Source: Candidatus Velesiimonas alkalicola
Lineage (GTDB): Bacteria > Omnitrophota > Gorgyraeia > Velesiimonadales > Velesiimonadaceae
Assembly (NCBI GenBank): GCA_013626165.1
Contig: NDHX01000007.1
Coordinates: forward strand, 6,560 to 70,559
DNA length: 64,000 bases
Reading direction: 5' to 3'
The position numbers and the translations under genes are program-made. Each line of letters starts with the position of its first letter. Position 1 is the stretch's first letter. Below the pieces are notes generated by a model. The model was not told where the DNA came from. It ran no database searches and was given only the letters and a program-made list of their open reading frames with translations. This document shows, one piece after another, positions 29,372 to 38,610 of the stretch.

Positions 29372-31245
29372 ATTCCTGTGTCTCCAAACTTTATTAGTCT
29401 TGCACTGTTAAATACTACAATAATTGAACCAACTGTATGAAGAATTGCTGCAAAAACAGGACCAAGAATTCCTAACCCTGAAAGCAGAAGCCCTGTTACA
29501 ACAAACAAAGCCCCAAACAGAAGATTCTGATTTATTACATTTTTTGACTTTCTTGAAAGAATCACAATGTCAGGGATTCTTCCAAGATCATTATTCATAA
29601 GCGCAATGTTTGCACTATCTATCGCAAGGTCATTTCCTGCTGCTCCCATGGCAATTCCTATGTTACCTGCTGCAAGTGCAGGAGCATCATTGATGCCGTC
29701 GCCTACAACTGCAACATTGTATTTTTGTTTCAGTAGATTAACAATACTCAATTTACGATCAGGCAGGCACTCTGCTTCAACATTTGTGCATCCCAATTCA
29801 TCTGCAACCTTTTTTGCCCTGTTCCACTTATCTCCTGTAAGCATAAATATGTGTTTGCATCCAATTGATTTTAGATGCTGTGTTGCATTTTTTGCATCAT
29901 CCCTTGTTTTATCCTCAATATATATTACGCCTGAAAATCTATTGTCTATAGAAACATAAAGCCCCGCTTCTTCTTCTTCTTTTTCAAGTTCTTTAACTGC
30001 TTCTGTTTCAAGCCATCTGTGTTTTCCTATTTTTATTGTCTTATCCTCAATAATGGCACTTATACCTTTGCCTGCTGTTTCAATGATATTTTTCGTATCT
30101 AAAAATGATATTTCCTTTTGTTTCGCAAAATCGGTTATCGCTTTTGCAACAGGGTGATTGCTGTGCCTTTCTACAGAATAGACATATTTAAGAAGTTCAT
30201 CCTCAGATATATTTTTTGTCTTTATTTTTGAAACTGTTATATCAGCAGTTGTCAGTGTCCCTGTCTTATCAAAAACAACACAAGATATATCTGCCGAAGA
30301 TTCTAATATATTCACATCTTTTATAAGTATACCAAGTCTTGCTGCGGCAGAAAGTGCAGCAACAAGTGCAGTAGGGGTTGCAAGTATCAAGGCACACGGA
30401 CAGGCAACAATGATTGCCGAAATTGCCCTTGTTATATCTTTTGTAAAAAACAATATGAAGCCGGCAATCATAAGAATGGTCGGAACATACCAAACCGAAT
30501 ATTTATCAATAATTCTCATAAAAGGGGTTTTTGTTCTTTCAGCATCTGTGATAAGTTTTTGTATTTTCCCAAGCGTTGTATCCATGCCTACCTTTGTAAT
30601 AGACACATCAATAACTCCATTGAGATTTATTGTCCCTGCAAATACATTATCGCCGATATTCTTATCAGACGGGATAGCCTCCCCTGTTACAGATGCCTCC
30701 TGCACACTTGAATAGCCCGAAACAACCTTCCCATCAGCAGGTATTGATTCGCCAACCCTTACCCTTATTATATCTGAGGGTTTAAGTGTTGATGAGGGAA
30801 CATCTTCTTCTTTTTCCTCTTTTATAAGATGTGCAATTGAAGGAGTAAGATGCATGAGTTTTTCTATAGAGGCTCTTGCGCCTGTGGCTGTTCTTGTAAG
30901 AATCAACTCCGAAAAAAGAAGAAGAAAAGCGACTGTTCCGGCCGTTCTAAAATCCCCGATGGCAAAACACCCTAATATTGCAAGTGCGACAAGTTCAGAC
31001 ATACGCATCCTTGCAGACAATATATCTTTTATCACATTGTAGAATATAGGAATTGAAAGAAGTAGACTTCCCACAAGTGCGGATGCATCTGCTGCTGTTT
31101 GTCCTGATGTAAGAAATTGTTGTGCAAGATATGAATTAAGTATCAGAACCCCCCCTATCAATGTAAGGGCAATCTCAATCCATACAATATTCATCTGAAC
31201 ATTACGTTCAGGAGAACAAGATATAGAAGGTTTATATGTATGCAT
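29368..31245 (-). CDS. P1B-type heavy-metal translocating ATPase (no N-terminal metal-binding domain)
   Basis: CPC motif in transmembrane helix 6 (IVACPCALILATP), DKTGTLT, GDGINDAPAL; only 625 aa. Confidence 0.85.
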   Translation of the reverse strand: MHTYKPSISCSPERNVQMNIVWIEIALTLIGGVLILNSYLAQQFLTSGQTAADASALVGSLLLSIPIFYNVIKDILSARMRMSELVALAILGCFAIGDFRTAGTVAFLLLFSELILTRTATGARASIEKLMHLTPSIAHLIKEEKEEDVPSSTLKPSDIIRVRVGESIPADGKVVSGYSSVQEASVTGEAIPSDKNIGDNVFAGTINLNGVIDVSITKVGMDTTLGKIQKLITDAERTKTPFMRIIDKYSVWYVPTILMIAGFILFFTKDITRAISAIIVACPCALILATPTALVAALSAAARLGILIKDVNILESSADISCVVFDKTGTLTTADITVSKIKTKNISEDELLKYVYSVERHSNHPVAKAITDFAKQKEISFLDTKNIIETAGKGISAIIEDKTIKIGKHRWLETEAVKELEKEEEEAGLYVSIDNRFSGVIYIEDKTRDDAKNATQHLKSIGCKHIFMLTGDKWNRAKKVADELGCTNVEAECLPDRKLSIVNLLKQKYNVAVVGDGINDAPALAAGNIGIAMGAAGNDLAIDSANIALMNNDLGRIPDIVILSRKSKNVINQNLLFGALFVVTGLLLSGLGILGPVFAAILHTVGSIIVVFNSARLIKFGDTGI

Positions 31246-31254
31246 AATATTTAA

Positions 31255-31292
<38 letters not shown>

Positions 31293-31404
31293 GAAAAATC
31301 TAAAATAAAATTTCAAATCCCAAATATTCCAAACGACAGCTTTTCACATGTTTTGGTCTTGAACATTGGTTATTGTTTGGTGCTTGGAGTTTGGTTATTG
31401 GTTC

Positions 31405-31470
31405 CCACCTCCCACCTCCTACCTACTACCTCCTATCTACTATCTACTATCTACTACCTCCTACCTACTT
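31405..31470. repeat. 7-mer CTACTAT/CCTCCTA mixed tandem array
   Basis: cccacctcccacctcctacctactacctcctatctactatctactatctactacctcctacctact. Confidence 0.9.
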
Positions 31471-32474
31471 TCTCTTCCTATCAATATTCTTATCTGGTCA
31501 GAGGGGCTTGTTCTCTTTATTATATATTTATCCTCTGTTTTTGCTAAAACCCGTTTTATTGTACTCTGCCATAAAAAATTTTTTACAATTTTTGGATTTT
31601 CCTTATATTGTGAAAACAGGCTCTTAAAATAAGATGCATCGGCTCTTGCTTCCTCAATTGTTCTGTTGCTGTATATCCTTGCATCTTCAAGAACAGATGT
31701 GGCGACCCCTCTTGCCTGTTCCAATGTTTTGCTATAATATCCGAGTGCCTCATTGATTTTTCGTCCCCTTTCCTGTCCTGCCCTGATAACCTCTTCAAAA
31801 TCTCTCTTCACAAAGAAAGGAGGAGATATGTCTTCAAGGTCAATTCTTTCTATGATTATTCCGGAATTGATTTTTTCCAATTGGCCCTGAACATTTTTCC
31901 TTATAAGTTCTACAGCCTTGTGTCTTTCAAACATAGCAATATCTACAGCCAGACTCGCATATACTTTTACGGCTTCAGACTCAATAATACGGGATAACAC
32001 ATATTCAGGATTTGCAATTTCTAAATATGCGATAGGGTCTGATATCTTATATCTTGCAGTAAGATTTATATTAATAATATTTGTATCTGCTGTTAGAACA
32101 TATCCATCAATATCCGGTTTAAGTGTAGAACGAGCCTGTTCTCTACCTGTTCTGTCCCAGAAGCAGTTTATCTGAAGTGTATGGACACGTCCTGTTGGAA
32201 CTTTAACAACCTCATCTACCAGATATGGAAAAGCCCAGTGAAGGCCTGGGGATAATACCCTTTCTGCTGGTAGCCCTCTAATCTTCCCGAACCTTAAAAC
32301 TATCGCAGACTCATACTGTTCTACTGTAAATATTGAGGATAAGAAGAAAATCAAAAGAGCCAATCCCATAAGAATCTGAAGCAGCTTGAAACTTACACTC
32401 AGTGCTTCCGATAGTGCGCCCATAGGTGTCTGTTGACCATTTTTAAGTTGTTCTTCTTTCTTTTCCATATCCAC
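31461..32474 (-). CDS. SPFH/band-7 domain protein, HflK-like
   Basis: N-terminal transmembrane segment then VLRFGKIRG...LSPGLHWAFPYLV prohibitin-homology domain. Confidence 0.75.
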   Translation of the reverse strand: MDMEKKEEQLKNGQQTPMGALSEALSVSFKLLQILMGLALLIFFLSSIFTVEQYESAIVLRFGKIRGLPAERVLSPGLHWAFPYLVDEVVKVPTGRVHTLQINCFWDRTGREQARSTLKPDIDGYVLTADTNIININLTARYKISDPIAYLEIANPEYVLSRIIESEAVKVYASLAVDIAMFERHKAVELIRKNVQGQLEKINSGIIIERIDLEDISPPFFVKRDFEEVIRAGQERGRKINEALGYYSKTLEQARGVATSVLEDARIYSNRTIEEARADASYFKSLFSQYKENPKIVKNFLWQSTIKRVLAKTEDKYIIKRTSPSDQIRILIGRESR

Positions 32475-32507
32475 ATCTTTTATAAAGAAATACGAACACT
32501 AAATAAC

Positions 32508-32562
32508 AAGGAGATAGTAGAGAGGAAATGGAGCCCCCTACCTACTACCTACTATCTACTAT
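32508..32562. repeat. 7-mer CTACTAT array
   Basis: ggagatagtagagagg...cctacctactacctactatctactatc. Confidence 0.85.
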
Positions 32563-33436
32563 CTTTTTCTCCTTCTAATAAATCAAAAGGGGGGGTTCTT
32601 GTATCAAGAATAACCGTAGATTTCTGTTTCAGCGTCTCTTCTAATGCTTCAAGTTTTTTTAAAAATATTGCAAATTCTTCGTTTTCCTTAAATACTTCAT
32701 AATACTTTGCAGCTTCTGCATCTGCCTGTCCTTTTATTATCCTACCTTGCGATTCTGCCCGTACAATAATCTTTTCTTTTTCAGAGTCTGCCATTGCTCT
32801 TATTCGTATGGCTTCGGCCTCTCCTTCTGCTCTGTATTTTTTTGAGAGCCTTTTTCTTTCTTCCCTCATTCTCTCAAATACCTTTTCAGTTACAGCTTCT
32901 GGAAGAAGAAGTCTTTTTATCTTGAAAAAAGCAATCTCTATACCATATCTTTCATATGACTCTTTTGCAACAGGTCTTAAAATATCTTCTTCTATCTGGT
33001 CAAATTTCATTTTTTCCCTATCAGTAGAAATAAAACTGCTTAAGGGGTATGTTCCTATAACAGCATTCTGATAACTTCTTACCAGCCCTTCAAGATTTTT
33101 TTGTGCTTCATAAAAATTCCCAAGACTGGTAAGAAATTTTAAAGGATCTTTTATTCTCCAAGCTACAGTCCCAAGCACAATTATATTTTTTGCATCCTTT
33201 GTAAATGTCTCTTCAATTCGTCCGTCAAAAACCTGCAACCTTGCATCAAACTTACGAACCTTTTGCACAGGGAAAGGAAACTTAAAATAAAGCCCGGCTT
33301 CTGTGATACTTCTTGTTGGTTTATCAAATGTTGTTACAACCGCAACCTCTCCAAATCTTACCTGAAATGTAATTGCGGTAAGTAAAAGTATGATGCCGAC
33401 TATTGCGGCAACCATTATTGAAAAAATAGATTTCAT
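32552..33436 (-). CDS. SPFH/band-7 domain protein, HflC-like
   Basis: N-terminal transmembrane segment, FQVRFGEVAVVTTF...GLYFKFPFPV, C-terminal coiled-coil (AEGEAEAIRIRA). Confidence 0.75.
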   Translation of the reverse strand: MKSIFSIMVAAIVGIILLLTAITFQVRFGEVAVVTTFDKPTRSITEAGLYFKFPFPVQKVRKFDARLQVFDGRIEETFTKDAKNIIVLGTVAWRIKDPLKFLTSLGNFYEAQKNLEGLVRSYQNAVIGTYPLSSFISTDREKMKFDQIEEDILRPVAKESYERYGIEIAFFKIKRLLLPEAVTEKVFERMREERKRLSKKYRAEGEAEAIRIRAMADSEKEKIIVRAESQGRIIKGQADAEAAKYYEVFKENEEFAIFLKKLEALEETLKQKSTVILDTRTPPFDLLEGEKDSR

Positions 33437-35334
33437 CGTTTGTTTTCCTCCTTTTCCATAAAAAGCATCTCAGGCGTAACTTTTTCTTCCAAATTTATAA
33501 CTGTTATCCTGCCAGCAGATACACCAGATGGAAGTATGTATTTTCTGGTAGGCGAGAGCGCTATTTTTAAACTATCAAGATACAATTTCATCCTGTAGTA
33601 TAATGGAACAACCCTTTCTGATAATAACCGCTGTGAAAATCTCTCAGCATCAGAAGAAGCAAGAAGAACTGTCCTTGCGGCATAACTTTCTGATTGATAG
33701 ATAAGAGAGGCAGCATTTGCACTTGCAATAGGAAGTAGCGCCGCTCTGTAGCCCTTCGCCCTAAGAATGGATGTTTCTTTCTGTTCCATTGACGCTATTA
33801 CACCTTGATATGCATCGACAACATGTACAGGCGGATGCATGCTCGCAGGCAAAACATTTACAATCTGTATCCCTAAGTTATATCTGTCAGCAAAGTCCTG
33901 AATTGAATGTTTTAAGCCTCTTGCAAATTCCATTCTTCCACTTGTCATAGCGTCTATAATATCAAGACTTGCAGACTTTCTTACGGCATTCCTGTATGCA
34001 ATGTTTCTTAAAACCGCAACTGGATTTGAGGTGCTGTATGCATACAAATGGACATCTCTAATTTTATATTGGACCTGAATATCCATACAGATAATGTTTG
34101 CAACAGCCATGTCTTCTTCCTGCGTCTTTCCTGCGACAAGAAATGAATGTTCCATTTCATAGTGTGCTTTGGTCCACAGATATGCCCCTCTGGCTTTTTC
34201 ATGTTCCTCATCTTCACAGCCCAACCACATAACCTGCACCTTATCAAAAGGATATGTATAGACCTTTTCAATAGGAAAAGGCCACTTAAAATGAATCCCC
34301 GGTAAAAGGACCTCGCCATATTTTCTTGGTTTTCCGAAACGTTCTACAATGGCTCTTTCTCCCGGACCCACAGTTACCACAACGGTAAGTAAAAGAAAAG
34401 CCCCTGCCTGAAAAAGTATAAGAGGAGCGAGAATCTTCTCAAAAAAACTGAAAAGCCATACCTGTGAGACCTTAAACCCAAACTGATAATTAAGTGACTC
34501 CAGTATTGCACCGGTTATATTCTTTGGCTTTACAAGAAGACACAGTATTCTGCTTTCATATAAAAAATATTTAGATGCTTCAGTCTTTGGCCTGTAAATC
34601 TCAAGTATAAAACAGACCAGTTTCTCTGCTCCAAGAACAGCAAGCAGTATAAATATTAAAAAAGAAAAAACTTTCTCTTGCACCTGAAAACCAAAATGGA
34701 AAAGCGAAGATGAAATACCTGATACAAAACATAAAAGAGCACCTGCAAGCATAACAGAAGAACCGGCCCGCAGGGGCTTGCATAATAAACTTTCGCTTAA
34801 ACATGCCGAAAACTTACCAAGTAAAAAAAGAAAGAAACTTAAGGGGAAAAGAAATGCTGCTGAAAGAGCCGGATTTTTGATAATAAAAGCAGGATCTGTT
34901 AAAACATTGAAATATATAAAAGAAAGATACAGGCTAAAGGTCGCTATCAGTATTGAAAATACAGGGACAACCCACTTTTCAACCTGTTTTAATCTCTCTT
35001 TTGCACTGTAGACTGATGAGATCTGTTCAAAAATTTTTGACTTATCTTCATATCTGCTTTTAAGTTCCTCTTCTTCAATCTGTTCAAGCAGTGCAAGTTT
35101 TTGCTGATGAATATGTAAAATAACAATGAGCCAAACAGGCATACCAGAAACAAGATATAAGGCAAGCCCTTTTTGAAGAACAGAGAGATTTGTTGCAGAA
35201 AGAATAAGAACAGATATTGCGGCAATAGACTGCAGAATAAGCCCAGAGATTGAAACCTTTAAACCGGTTCTGCACAAATATATCCCTTTTTCAACTGTAT
35301 CTCTATTCTGAACCTTGATATCTAATGTTTGCAT
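33433..35334 (-). CDS. large polytopic membrane protein with C-terminal SPFH/band-7 (HflK-like) domain
   Basis: ~300 aa multi-transmembrane N-terminal half, then VTVGPGERAIVERFGKP...LLPGIHFKWPFPIEKV SPFH domain. Confidence 0.6.
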   Translation of the reverse strand: MQTLDIKVQNRDTVEKGIYLCRTGLKVSISGLILQSIAAISVLILSATNLSVLQKGLALYLVSGMPVWLIVILHIHQQKLALLEQIEEEELKSRYEDKSKIFEQISSVYSAKERLKQVEKWVVPVFSILIATFSLYLSFIYFNVLTDPAFIIKNPALSAAFLFPLSFFLFLLGKFSACLSESLLCKPLRAGSSVMLAGALLCFVSGISSSLFHFGFQVQEKVFSFLIFILLAVLGAEKLVCFILEIYRPKTEASKYFLYESRILCLLVKPKNITGAILESLNYQFGFKVSQVWLFSFFEKILAPLILFQAGAFLLLTVVVTVGPGERAIVERFGKPRKYGEVLLPGIHFKWPFPIEKVYTYPFDKVQVMWLGCEDEEHEKARGAYLWTKAHYEMEHSFLVAGKTQEEDMAVANIICMDIQVQYKIRDVHLYAYSTSNPVAVLRNIAYRNAVRKSASLDIIDAMTSGRMEFARGLKHSIQDFADRYNLGIQIVNVLPASMHPPVHVVDAYQGVIASMEQKETSILRAKGYRAALLPIASANAASLIYQSESYAARTVLLASSDAERFSQRLLSERVVPLYYRMKLYLDSLKIALSPTRKYILPSGVSAGRITVINLEEKVTPEMLFMEKEENKR

Positions 35335-35337
35335 TGC

Positions 35338-36291
35338 CTACACTTCCCTTTCTTCAAAAAGCAATATTCCAATAATTATAGCGGCACATACATATAGCAC
35401 TGTATATAAAAATGCATTAAAGATATAGATGGTTGGAATTGTCTTTTCAAATATCAATGCATCTGCCATCCAGAAAATCTGGAAATTTGGAATTATAGCA
35501 TAAAAGAATGTAAAAATAGGTGCGCTTGCGAATTCTCCCAATATAAAATCAGATACGAGTCCTGTTATAAATATAGAAACAGATATCAATATTGTTAAAA
35601 CAAGATTCAATCTTGTAGAAAGTGCAAGGCATACTGACGATATAATAAGGCTGGATAAGGCAATAAGAGCACAGGCTTTGACAAGTTCTAAGTTCAGGTT
35701 ACGAGCAAATGCCAGGTTCCAATCAGGCCCTATAAACAACAAAAATATTATACCCATTGTATAAAAAAATGCAAGAGAAAGTATAAGGCAGGACCTAAAA
35801 GGCTTATCATAAAAATAGTTGACAAAACAGGCAAATAAAAATGAGAGAAAAAGACCGAACAGTTTAACAAACATACTTGTCGTATCAAGCCTTTGCCATG
35901 CAGCATCAAGAACCCCTGCTCTTACTGTCACAATAAGCACTATGCTTAATATATAAACTGAAAGAAGTACTGAAAACAATAAACCTATAGATTTGCCTAT
36001 AATAAACCCCGCTCTCGTAATGGGTTTTGAAAGAACTGTCTGGGCGGTCCTACCTTCAATTTCGGATGATATAGAGGAGGAGGATGAAAAGCCGCTTATT
36101 AGAAGAGAACAGAGAAGGATAGAGGCAAGACCTGTGTCCATAACCATCTTTCCACTTTCTGCAAGTGTGAACATTGTAAAGGCAGGGCTTGCAGCGATAA
36201 GTCCCAGAAACACAAACAGTATTATTGAAAAAAATCCCTGACGGATAATTTCTAAAAATGTATTAAAAGAAATTATAATAATCTGCCTCAT
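35338..36291 (-). CDS. ABC-2 family transporter permease (GldF-like), no cognate ATPase adjacent
   Basis: Six transmembrane segments, EIEGRT motif after the second segment, typical of ABC-2 permeases. Confidence 0.6.
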   Translation of the reverse strand: MRQIIIISFNTFLEIIRQGFFSIILFVFLGLIAASPAFTMFTLAESGKMVMDTGLASILLCSLLISGFSSSSSISSEIEGRTAQTVLSKPITRAGFIIGKSIGLLFSVLLSVYILSIVLIVTVRAGVLDAAWQRLDTTSMFVKLFGLFLSFLFACFVNYFYDKPFRSCLILSLAFFYTMGIIFLLFIGPDWNLAFARNLNLELVKACALIALSSLIISSVCLALSTRLNLVLTILISVSIFITGLVSDFILGEFASAPIFTFFYAIIPNFQIFWMADALIFEKTIPTIYIFNAFLYTVLYVCAAIIIGILLFEEREV

Positions 36292-36392
36292 TTATCAGAA
36301 TCACCTGTGAGCATAACCATCCGCTTGTGTTATTCCCCTTAAAACTTGTCTTTATGAAAAATCAGGAACAGGGAATGCTCTTCTTCGTTATC

Positions 36393-37292
36393 TTAAAAAT
36401 GTGTTAGAAACTCAAATTCTCTGTATCTTTTTTTTATAGAAGACAGGTTTAACTGTTTTAACCTGTTTAAACTGAAATCCTCCACACAAAACGATGCAAG
36501 CACGGTCCCATACACCACAGAATGTTTAAGTGTTGCTTCGTCCATTTTATCTTGCTTTGTAAGATACCCTATCATCCCGCCCGCAAAACTATCTCCTGCG
36601 CCTGTTGGGTCAAACAGTTCCTCCAATGGATATGCGGGGATGGAAAAAAAATCACTCTTTATTAACATCATTGCACCATGTTCACCCTTTTTTATTACGA
36701 TAATCTGTGGTCCAAGTCTTTTAATTGCTCTTGCGGCCTTCATCAGATTGGGTTCCTGTGTAAGTTTTCTTGCTTCTACATCATTAAGTATAAAAAGATT
36801 AACATCCTTTAGAAGTTTCAACAGTTGTGCTTTTTTGTTTTCTATCCAGTAATTCATTGTATCGCAGGCAGTAACCTTAGGAGAATGGATCTGTTTTAAT
36901 ATGTTTCTCTGCAATTCTGGGTCTATATTGGCAAGAAATATATACTGACTGTGCCTGTAATCTTGAGGAAGGGTTGGATTAAAGTCTTTAAATACATTAA
37001 GGTGTGTCCATATGGTGCGAGCCTCGTTCAGGTCATATGCATATGCTCCTTTCCATCTGAATGTTTTTCCATTACCGGTCTTAAGCCCGTCTGTATTTAT
37101 CTTCCTTGATAAGAAAAGATGGACATATTCCTTCGGGAAGTCTGTCCCGACAACTGCAACAAGATTAACAGGTGTAAAAAAACTTGCAGCAACAGAAAAA
37201 TATGATGCAGAACCGCCCAATACCTCTTTTACCTCACCCTTCGGTGTCTTTACGGTATCAAGACCTACTGAACCAACAACAAGAAGTTTCAT
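36393..37292 (-). CDS. PfkB-family carbohydrate/nucleoside kinase
   Basis: C-terminal pfkB signature DPTGAGDSFAGG, ribokinase-like fold length. Confidence 0.8.
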   Translation of the reverse strand: MKLLVVGSVGLDTVKTPKGEVKEVLGGSASYFSVAASFFTPVNLVAVVGTDFPKEYVHLFLSRKINTDGLKTGNGKTFRWKGAYAYDLNEARTIWTHLNVFKDFNPTLPQDYRHSQYIFLANIDPELQRNILKQIHSPKVTACDTMNYWIENKKAQLLKLLKDVNLFILNDVEARKLTQEPNLMKAARAIKRLGPQIIVIKKGEHGAMMLIKSDFFSIPAYPLEELFDPTGAGDSFAGGMIGYLTKQDKMDEATLKHSVVYGTVLASFCVEDFSLNRLKQLNLSSIKKRYREFEFLTHF

Positions 37293-38569
37293 TTAAAATA
37301 TTCCTCTACCAATTTTATCGCACAATACTTACCACACATAGTGCATACATCTGAAAAAATAGGACGAGAACTTTTACGAATCTTAAATGGTTTTACAGGG
37401 TCTATAGCCAATTCCATCTGTTTTTTCCAGTCTCTTTTTTTTCTTGCAATGGAAATTTTTTTATCCCATTCTATTGCACCGGGTATATTCTTTGCTATAT
37501 CGGCACAGTGTGCTGCAATTCTTGCTGCAATTATTCCTTCTTGGACATCTTCAAGAGAGGGAAGTCTTAAATGTTCCGATGGTGTAACATAACACAAGAA
37601 ATCTGCTCCTGCTGATGCCGCAACCGCACCACCTATCGCAGATGTAATATGGTCATAACCAGGAGCAATATCTGTAACAAGTGGCCCAAGCACATAAAAC
37701 GGAGCGCCCTGGCACAGTTTTTTCTGAAGAATAACATTCGGCACAATCTGGTCAATCGGCATATGACCGGGCCCTTCAACCATAACCTGAACACCTGCGC
37801 TTTGCGCTTTTTTACATAATTCGCCCAATATAATCAACTCCTGAAACTGTCCCCTGTCACTTGCATCTGCAACACAACCGGGTCTTAATCCGTCTCCTAA
37901 TGACAGGACAATATCATGTTTTCTTGCAATATCAATAATCTTATCAAATTTTTCATAAAGCGGATTTTCTCTTTTATTATATATCATCCATTCAATAAGA
38001 AGTGCACCACCTCTGCTTACCACATCAAGTATCCTGCCTTGTTTTTTTATCCTTTCTACAGACTCTAATGTTATGCCACAGTGGACAGTCTGAAAATCCA
38101 CACCCTCTTGTGCCTGTTTTTCAATTGCATTGAACAGGTCATCTTCTGTCATTGTTTTAAGGCCGCCTCTTCTGCTTGCAGCAATAACAGCGGCCTCATA
38201 CATTGGAACAGTTCCAAGCGGAACCTTACAATTTCTTAATATATCTTTTCTTATCTTTGTTAAATCCCCGCCTGTGCTTAAATCCATAACAGCATCAGCA
38301 CCCGCTGATATACAGATTTTAAGTTTTTTAGCCTCATATTTTATATCCACAACATCTGTGGATGTTCCGATATTGGCATTAACCTTTGTCCTTAATCCTT
38401 CGCCTATTGCACAGGGTTTTTCAATGTTTTTATTTGTATTTGAAAGCAAAATAACCCTGCCTTCTGCAATTTTTTTCCTTAATATTTCAGGGTCTGTTTT
38501 TTCAATTTTTGCAACCCTTTGCATTATTGAACTTATTTTACCTTTTCTTGCTATCTCTAACTGCGTCAT
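37289..38569 (-). CDS. thiC: phosphomethylpyrimidine synthase
   Basis: 426 aa radical-SAM ThiC, C-terminal CTMCGKYCA cluster, conserved ThiC core. Confidence 0.95.
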   Translation of the reverse strand: MTQLEIARKGKISSIMQRVAKIEKTDPEILRKKIAEGRVILLSNTNKNIEKPCAIGEGLRTKVNANIGTSTDVVDIKYEAKKLKICISAGADAVMDLSTGGDLTKIRKDILRNCKVPLGTVPMYEAAVIAASRRGGLKTMTEDDLFNAIEKQAQEGVDFQTVHCGITLESVERIKKQGRILDVVSRGGALLIEWMIYNKRENPLYEKFDKIIDIARKHDIVLSLGDGLRPGCVADASDRGQFQELIILGELCKKAQSAGVQVMVEGPGHMPIDQIVPNVILQKKLCQGAPFYVLGPLVTDIAPGYDHITSAIGGAVAASAGADFLCYVTPSEHLRLPSLEDVQEGIIAARIAAHCADIAKNIPGAIEWDKKISIARKKRDWKKQMELAIDPVKPFKIRKSSRPIFSDVCTMCGKYCAIKLVEEYFK

Positions 38570-38610
38570 AATTTCCTGCCACCAGTTACCGGTTACCAGT
38601 CACCTTGTTT

